Assembly: GCA_041649175.1 (NCBI GenBank)
Contig: JBAZNR010000002.1
Location: 193,766-257,765 of the forward strand
From: Candidatus Omnitrophota bacterium
GTDB lineage: Bacteria; Omnitrophota; Gorgyraeia; Zapsychrales; JBAZNR01
DNA: 64,000 nucleotides
Direction: 5' to 3'
In this document: positions 59,112 to 64,000 of the stretch, piece by piece
How positions within the stretch are numbered: the first letter of the stretch is position 1
Layout of the letters: the number at the start of each line of letters is the position of its first letter
The notes under the pieces: model-generated
Seen by the model: only the letters and a program-made list of their open reading frames with translations
What the model was told of the DNA's origin: nothing
Database searches by the model: none
Program-made: the position numbers and the translations under genes

Positions 59112-59123
59112 CCACCCCTTAAA

Positions 59124-59151
59124 TTGCAAAAACCGCCAAACCTGTTATAAT
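59124..59151 (+). promoter_or_regulatory. sigma70-like promoter abutting the TPR gene start
   Basis: TTGCAA at 59124-59129, a 16-nt spacer, and TATAAT at 59146-59151. The -10 overlaps the first ATG (59150), so the second ATG (59159) would sit at the predicted transcription start. Confidence 0.4.
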
Positions 59152-59158
59152 GTTGGCT

Positions 59159-61633
59159 ATGAAATTAAGAAAATTTTTTATTTTTATCGCGCTTATCTGC
59201 GTTTTTAGCGCTGCGACCTTTGCTTACGGCGAAAATGAATCCAACGAACTTCTGATGGTCGCTCAAAAGGCATTTGACGACGGATTTTATGATGTCGCTA
59301 TCCGCTACGCCGAACAATTCCTAGAAAAATATCCGCAAGACACCAAGCGCACCCAAGTTAGGCTTCTTTTAGGCCAATGTCATTTTTTTAAAAGCCAATA
59401 TTTAAAAGCCTTTGAAGTTTTCCAAGGCCTCCTACAGACAGTGGAGATGAAAGATACGACACTTTACTGGCTGGGCGAAACCTACCTCAAAGGCTCCGAT
59501 TACGATCAGGCCATCGCGCAATATCAGCAGATCATCAGCTCCTATCCGGAATCTTTGTATTTCGCGCAAGCGCATTATTCGCTGGCTTGGGCTTTGTTTG
59601 AAAAAAAAGATTACGCGAAAGCTAAGGAAGCATTTGGTGTATTCCTGCAGAAATTTCCAACGAACGAATTATCGGAAGATGCTTTATTTAAACTAGGCGA
59701 ATGTTCCTATAATGAGCGCGCTTATGAAGAGGTCATCAAACAGTTCCAGGATTATGTCATCAAATTCCAGAATTCTAAACGCCACGACCAGGCTTATTTT
59801 TACGTCGGAGAATCTTATTTTTACTTAGATAAGCTCATTGATGCCATCGGTTATTATTCCAAGGCTGTTGACATTGCCTCCAGCGATAAGATCCGCTTAA
59901 TGTCAAAGATCAGTATCGCCTGGAGCTATTTGAAGCTGAGCGAATTCGAAAAGTCGGCGCAATTTTTTGATGAAGCGCAAAAACTATCGGCCGAAAAAAA
60001 TCTTCCTTCCGATGAAATTTATTTAGGGCAGGCTAATCTTTATTTGGAAATGAAAGATTATCCCAAAGCCCTTGCGGCCTATGATGAACTTTTAAAACGT
60101 TCGCCACAAACAACACGGCTGGCCGAGATCTATTTAGGAAAAGCCAATGTTTATTACCTGACCGAAGACTACGAGAAAGCTTTGAATTCTTATAATCTGA
60201 TTCTTACGCAGTTCGCGCAAAATCCGGACGCTTCCGAACTTTTAGAGAAAGCACGGTTTGGGTTGGGTTGGACTTATCTTAAAATGGATGAAACCGATCT
60301 GGCCATCAAGAACTTTAATGACATCATCGATCAATCCGGCAGCAAAATTACCAAGGTCAGCGCCTTAACACAAATAGGCGATATTTATCAGGATATCGGT
60401 AAGATCGACGATGCCATCATAACCTACGACAAGGTATTAACTGAATTCCCCAACAGCCTTTACACCGATTATGTTCAGTACCGCCAAGGCATCGCGCTTT
60501 TAAAACAGAATAAAACCGAAGCGGCGACCATTGCCTTTCAAAGCCTGCAGACAAATTTTCCGCAAAGCAAATACTTAAGCGACGTCAAATACTATCTGGG
60601 CGTCGCCTATTTTAAAAAAGGGGATTGGGCCAACGCCAAAGACCATTTCATCACCTTTATTGACGAACTTCCTAAAACGAACGAATTCCAAGGCGACGCC
60701 CATTATCTTTTAGCTTTATCGTATTTCAACCTAAGCGATTACGCCGAGGCGTCCAAGACATTCCAAAAAGTCATCAAGGGTTTTCCTCAGGAAACGGCAT
60801 TAACGCGCGACAGCGAACTTAATTTGGCCCGGTGTTTATTTGCCCAAGGCGACACCAAAGAGGCGCTGATAAAATTTAAGATCGTCGCCTACAAATATCC
60901 GCAAACCGATTCAGCCCTAGAAGCCTTGCTGTGGCTCGGCGATTATTATTTAAAAGCTTCCGATCTCGATAATGCCGTTACTTACTACACGCAAATCCTA
61001 GAATCATTCCCGGGAAGCGAGAAAAACGCGCTCGCGCATTTTAGCCTAGGCCAAGCCTATCAAGCGCAGGGGCTTTTCGATAAAGCGCTCAACGAATATA
61101 AATTTTTAAAGGATTCTTCCGACCGCGAACTTTACGCGAAGGCGCAGCTTGCCATCGCCGATATTTTCGCCAAAGAAACAAATCCCGAAGCCGCGGTCAA
61201 TTCCTATAATAAAGTCGCGGCCAATTGTCCGGAATTTAAGCGCAGTGCTTTTGTTAAGATCGCCGAGATCTATCAAAATAACCGCGACTACGACAATGCT
61301 TTGAAATCTTACCAAAGCGCTTTGGGTGCCGACATCGGATTAAGCAATATCACAAGCGTGGAGCTGCAATTTTCCATTGCCGACCTTTTAGAGACATTGA
61401 ATAGATCCAATGAAGCCGTCGAGGCGTATTTTAAAGTTCCGTACCTTTACCCGAACGAAACACATTGGATCAGCAAAGCGCATTTACGCATCGCGCGCAT
61501 TTTCGAAGATGATGAAGATTGGGAAAACGCGAAATTAATTTATAAAAAAATCGTGGACGCGGGAACCGATGAGGTCAAATTCGCCCAAGAGCGCATTGAC
61601 TGGATCGACAGCATCATGGCAACAAAGCAGTAA
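59159..61633 (+). CDS. secreted tetratricopeptide-repeat protein (large TPR)
   Basis: The start is probably the second ATG at 59159, which begins the signal peptide MKLRKFFIFIALICVFSAATFAYG. About 20 TPR-like repeats fill the rest of the ~824 aa; the ORF opens at 59150. Confidence 0.8.
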   Translation: MKLRKFFIFIALICVFSAATFAYGENESNELLMVAQKAFDDGFYDVAIRYAEQFLEKYPQDTKRTQVRLLLGQCHFFKSQYLKAFEVFQGLLQTVEMKDTTLYWLGETYLKGSDYDQAIAQYQQIISSYPESLYFAQAHYSLAWALFEKKDYAKAKEAFGVFLQKFPTNELSEDALFKLGECSYNERAYEEVIKQFQDYVIKFQNSKRHDQAYFYVGESYFYLDKLIDAIGYYSKAVDIASSDKIRLMSKISIAWSYLKLSEFEKSAQFFDEAQKLSAEKNLPSDEIYLGQANLYLEMKDYPKALAAYDELLKRSPQTTRLAEIYLGKANVYYLTEDYEKALNSYNLILTQFAQNPDASELLEKARFGLGWTYLKMDETDLAIKNFNDIIDQSGSKITKVSALTQIGDIYQDIGKIDDAIITYDKVLTEFPNSLYTDYVQYRQGIALLKQNKTEAATIAFQSLQTNFPQSKYLSDVKYYLGVAYFKKGDWANAKDHFITFIDELPKTNEFQGDAHYLLALSYFNLSDYAEASKTFQKVIKGFPQETALTRDSELNLARCLFAQGDTKEALIKFKIVAYKYPQTDSALEALLWLGDYYLKASDLDNAVTYYTQILESFPGSEKNALAHFSLGQAYQAQGLFDKALNEYKFLKDSSDRELYAKAQLAIADIFAKETNPEAAVNSYNKVAANCPEFKRSAFVKIAEIYQNNRDYDNALKSYQSALGADIGLSNITSVELQFSIADLLETLNRSNEAVEAYFKVPYLYPNETHWISKAHLRIARIFEDDEDWENAKLIYKKIVDAGTDEVKFAQERIDWIDSIMATKQ

Positions 61634-61672
61634 GTGCCCACACAAGCAAAAGCTTAATTAAGGAGAATACCA

Positions 61673-62353
61673 ATGATAATCTGGCAAATGAACGCTTGGC
61701 AATTGATCGTCGCCGGAGGCCCTATGATGGCGCCGATCTTTTTGTGTTCGGTTTTTGCCTTGGCCATCATCATTGAAAAATTGACCTATTTCTCCAACAT
61801 TAATTCTAATATCACGACTTTACGCGATACGGTCTTTGAGTTGCTCAAGAAAAATGATATTAAAGAAGCGGTTACGCAATGCGACAACAGCCCTTCGCCG
61901 GCCGCGAAGATCTTTAAAGTCGGAATTCTGAAATTTGGCGCATCCCGCGAAGAACTTAGGGAAGTCATGCAAGATGCAAGTTTGTCCGAAATTCCAAAGC
62001 TTGAACAAAAGCTAGGGATCTTGGCTACCATCGCGCATATCGCGCCGCTTCTCGGGTTTTTAGGGACCGTGATCGGAATTGCAGGAAGTTTTTTTACCTT
62101 TCAATCACGCGCTTCAGCTCTAAATTCCATTAGCGCGAGCGATCTAGCCGCAGGCATTTGGCAAGCTCTTATCGCCACCGCCGCTGGACTTATCGTCGCT
62201 ATTCCGGTCTATATTGCTTACAATTATTTGGTCAGCCGGGTTAATGGCATCATCAACGAAATGGAACACGGCGCCACAGAGCTCGTCAATCTTCTCTCGG
62301 ACCTTTTGGAAGCGCAATCGGCCAAAAAGGGAGGGCATAAAGTTGAGATTTAA
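61673..62353 (+). CDS. MotA/TolQ/ExbB proton-channel family protein
   Basis: Three TM segments and the conserved LGFLGTVIGIAGSF and GIWQALIATAAGL C-terminal TM pair. Confidence 0.85.
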   Translation: MIIWQMNAWQLIVAGGPMMAPIFLCSVFALAIIIEKLTYFSNINSNITTLRDTVFELLKKNDIKEAVTQCDNSPSPAAKIFKVGILKFGASREELREVMQDASLSEIPKLEQKLGILATIAHIAPLLGFLGTVIGIAGSFFTFQSRASALNSISASDLAAGIWQALIATAAGLIVAIPVYIAYNYLVSRVNGIINEMEHGATELVNLLSDLLEAQSAKKGGHKVEI

Positions 62354-62747
62354 GCGGCAGGCTAAATTAGAGCACGGCTTAACGCTCATTGATGTTGCTC
62401 CGATGGTCAGCATCATTGTTCAACTTCTCGTTTTTTTTCTGCTTTTGTCGCCATTCGTTTTTCAGAATAGCATCCAAGTCGCACTTCCCAAAACAGTAAC
62501 CAGCGATGTTATTAAAGAAGAAAACCTGATCATCCTTTTGAACAGTGAAAACGTCCTCTATCTTAATAGCGCCGTCACGACCATGAAAGAGCTTGAAGCG
62601 GCATTATCCGCGGCAGGCAATAAAACTCGCCCGGTTATTATCAAAGCTGACCGCCGAGCTTCGTTGGGGCGCATTATCGATATTTGGGATCTATGCCGAA
62701 AACTCGGCATTGAAAAGATCAATATCGCGACCGATCGGACACAATAA
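62343..62747 (+). CDS. biopolymer transport protein ExbD/TolR
   Basis: TTG start with GGAGG 8 nt upstream, overlapping the exbB stop. LTLIDVAPMVSIIVQLLVFFLL is the ExbD N-terminal TM motif. Confidence 0.75.
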   Translation: MRFKRQAKLEHGLTLIDVAPMVSIIVQLLVFFLLLSPFVFQNSIQVALPKTVTSDVIKEENLIILLNSENVLYLNSAVTTMKELEAALSAAGNKTRPVIIKADRRASLGRIIDIWDLCRKLGIEKINIATDRTQ

Positions 62748-62768
62748 CGATCTTCTCATCGATTTAAT

Positions 62769-63188
62769 ATGCCAAAATATTCTACCTTAAAAATTATCTT
62801 TATTTCCTTCGCGTGCCACGCCATTTTGCTTAGCTTTTTTACCTTCAAGCTTTCTCCTCCCGCAAGCACAAAGCCGGCCTTTGTTTTCCTGGGATCAATT
62901 TTGCACCGCGGAGACTTTGCGTTCGGGCCGCCCACAGCAAAGAATTCTTCCGCGGCCAATATTATTCCGGAAAATTTCAACTTTATTAAAAGCGCCCCGT
63001 CAGCGCCAAAAGCCACAATATCGGAAAAACCTCTTTATAGGCAGCCGGCCGCCAAAATAACACCAAAGCCGGCTGCCTATCAACCTCCCAAATCGACGGT
63101 CAAAAGCCAAACGCCACCTTCCAAGGCCCCCGAAGCCTTGCTCGAGCCGTTAAAACCGCTTAAACCTTACGAAAATGATCTCCCTTGA
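62769..63188 (+). CDS. TonB/TolA-like N-terminal anchor with Pro/Lys-rich spacer (no C-terminal TonB domain)
   Basis: N-terminal TM (IIFISFACHAILLSFFTF), then a Pro/Ala/Lys-rich low-complexity segment ending at 139 aa. Confidence 0.5.
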   Translation: MPKYSTLKIIFISFACHAILLSFFTFKLSPPASTKPAFVFLGSILHRGDFAFGPPTAKNSSAANIIPENFNFIKSAPSAPKATISEKPLYRQPAAKITPKPAAYQPPKSTVKSQTPPSKAPEALLEPLKPLKPYENDLP

Positions 63189-63444
63189 TCTTTCTGCGGC
63201 TGTTGCCGCTTACCTTTTTTCCGTTATCTTGCTTGTTATCGGTATATGGATATTCTATAATTACAGTACCGAGAAAAAAGGGCAGGGAGACGCGCAATAT
63301 CTTCAGCAATGCCCGTTTTGCACACATGTTTTCTTTGATTACGAGAATAGCAAAGTTAAAATCTGTCCGCGTTGCGAAAGCTACATCGCAGCCGAAGACA
63401 CAGGAGCAGCTCGTGAAATATCCACTCAAAACAAAAAAAAATAA
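63175..63444 (+). CDS. membrane-anchored zinc-ribbon small protein (hypothetical)
   Basis: ATG inside the last codons of the upstream gene in the +1 frame. One TM segment, then CPFC and CPRC Cys pairs. Confidence 0.45.
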   Translation: MISLDLSAAVAAYLFSVILLVIGIWIFYNYSTEKKGQGDAQYLQQCPFCTHVFFDYENSKVKICPRCESYIAAEDTGAAREISTQNKKK

Positions 63445-63754
63445 CAAATCCGGCATTGTCCTCATTACGGTTGTTATTATCATTTTTACCCTCATGATCC
63501 TGGCCGTAGGCTTGCTAAGCACAAACACCAATCAAGCCTTAATGAGCCAACATCAAATCGACCGTATTAAAGCCGAACAGCTTGCCAAGGGCGCTTTTTG
63601 GTATAATTATCATAATTTAACTGCCTCGGCAGGCGCGCTACCGCCTCCTCCCACTGAAACAATGGATGGAAAAACCTATTCCATCACCCAGACTAACTCC
63701 GTAGGGACAGGCCCCAACGGTACGGATACTTTCAGCTTCCAAGTTTCTAACTAA
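63413..63754 (+). CDS. PilX/minor-pseudopilin-like membrane protein (hypothetical)
   Basis: GTG start with AGGAG 6 nt upstream. KSGIVLITVVIIIFTLMILAVGLL resembles a PilX/GspK-type N-terminal anchor, followed by a PPPP linker. Confidence 0.4.
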   Translation: MKYPLKTKKNNKSGIVLITVVIIIFTLMILAVGLLSTNTNQALMSQHQIDRIKAEQLAKGAFWYNYHNLTASAGALPPPPTETMDGKTYSITQTNSVGTGPNGTDTFSFQVSN

Positions 63755-63937
63755 TTCCGCCTTACACAAAACAGCTAATTAATTTTATCTACCAGAAAGA
63801 ATAACGGCGGAAAAATAAAAAAATTATCTGTTGACGCGGTAAGTCTATTATAGTCTAATGATATCTAGGGATATCTGAGGAATACTAAGGAATTTAACGT
63901 AAGTCCTTTATGAATCATCGGCAAAGGGGATCGTATC

Positions 63938-64000
63938 GTGACCAGCCTACTTGACGTCGAGGAACTCGCAAAATACCTAAAGCTCCAGAAGCAAACCATT
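63938..64000 (+). CDS. helix-turn-helix (excisionase/AlpA-like) DNA-binding protein, 5' fragment running off the window
   Basis: GTG start with an AAGGGGA RBS. VTSLLDVEELAKYLKLQKQTI is the classic HTH_17/excisionase opening (sequence, EEAAEYL, then QTIY). An AT-rich promoter-like region with TTGACG lies upstream. Confidence 0.45.
   Translation, partial: MTSLLDVEELAKYLKLQKQTI

Noticed and set aside
63185-63412. First 76 codons of ORF 63185-63754
   Set aside because: They overlap the zinc-ribbon ORF in another frame and have no RBS. A GTG at 63413 with AGGAG 6 nt upstream is the likelier start.
1-64000. CRISPR arrays, rRNA/tRNA genes, transposases or integrases
   Set aside because: None seen. 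No regularly spaced direct repeats with unique spacers, no tRNA cloverleaf candidates in the intergenic spacers, and no transposase or integrase-like ORFs. The only mobile-like signals are the small AT-rich repeats and the excisionase-like ORF at the 3' edge.

Overview
The window is a 64 kb, gene-dense stretch of a bacterial chromosome, about 45% GC, with almost everything coding on the + strand. The gene content suggests a Gram-negative (diderm) organism, possibly from an uncultivated lineage: a Tol/TonB-like motor cluster, lipoproteins, RlpA, DapL-type lysine synthesis and metX/metW. Most of it is conserved housekeeping arranged in long co-directional operons. These are: an ABC-2 exporter; tRNA modification (miaB, queG, truA); methionine synthesis (metH, metX, metW); Moco genes (mogA, moaA, moaE); Fe-S assembly (nfu and an Rrf2-sufBCDSU operon); isoprenoid (ispH and ispG, divergent); folate/pterin (folE, an SDR, folB, a PCD, folK); fabG-acpP-fabF; asd; rplM-rpsI; a 13-gene Arg plus Lys supraoperon (argCJBDFGH-lysA-dapF-dapA-dapB); dapL; panC; nadX; uvrA; and a TPR-ExbB-ExbD-TonB-like cluster. 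I saw no rRNA, tRNA, CRISPR array, transposase or recognisable defence system. The unusual material is modest. (1) A 3.3 kb accessory cluster at 0.9-4.2 kb encodes hypothetical secreted and membrane proteins: a Cys/His-motif protein, a YHS-domain metal binder, a Tyr/Asn/Gly-rich secreted protein, a coiled-coil membrane protein, and a small membrane protein bracketed by a repeated 12-nt palindrome. (2) A family of AT-rich CCAAT/TCAAAT-type palindromic MITE-like repeats sits at the 3' ends of miaB, dapB and dapL; one copy encodes the C-terminal tail of MiaB. (3) A copy of the last 8 codons of dapB, diverged only at synonymous sites, lies 68 bp downstream behind a hairpin and closes a 30-codon mini-ORF. 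(4) An 81-aa lysine-rich protein is built from two diverged tandem repeats. (5) Several strong leader hairpins and palindromes, and a possible leaderless promoter. (6) A helix-turn-helix excisionase-like ORF with its own promoter starts at the extreme 3' edge and may mark entry into a mobile element. All calls rest on reading the translated ORFs and the DNA by eye; no database search was possible.
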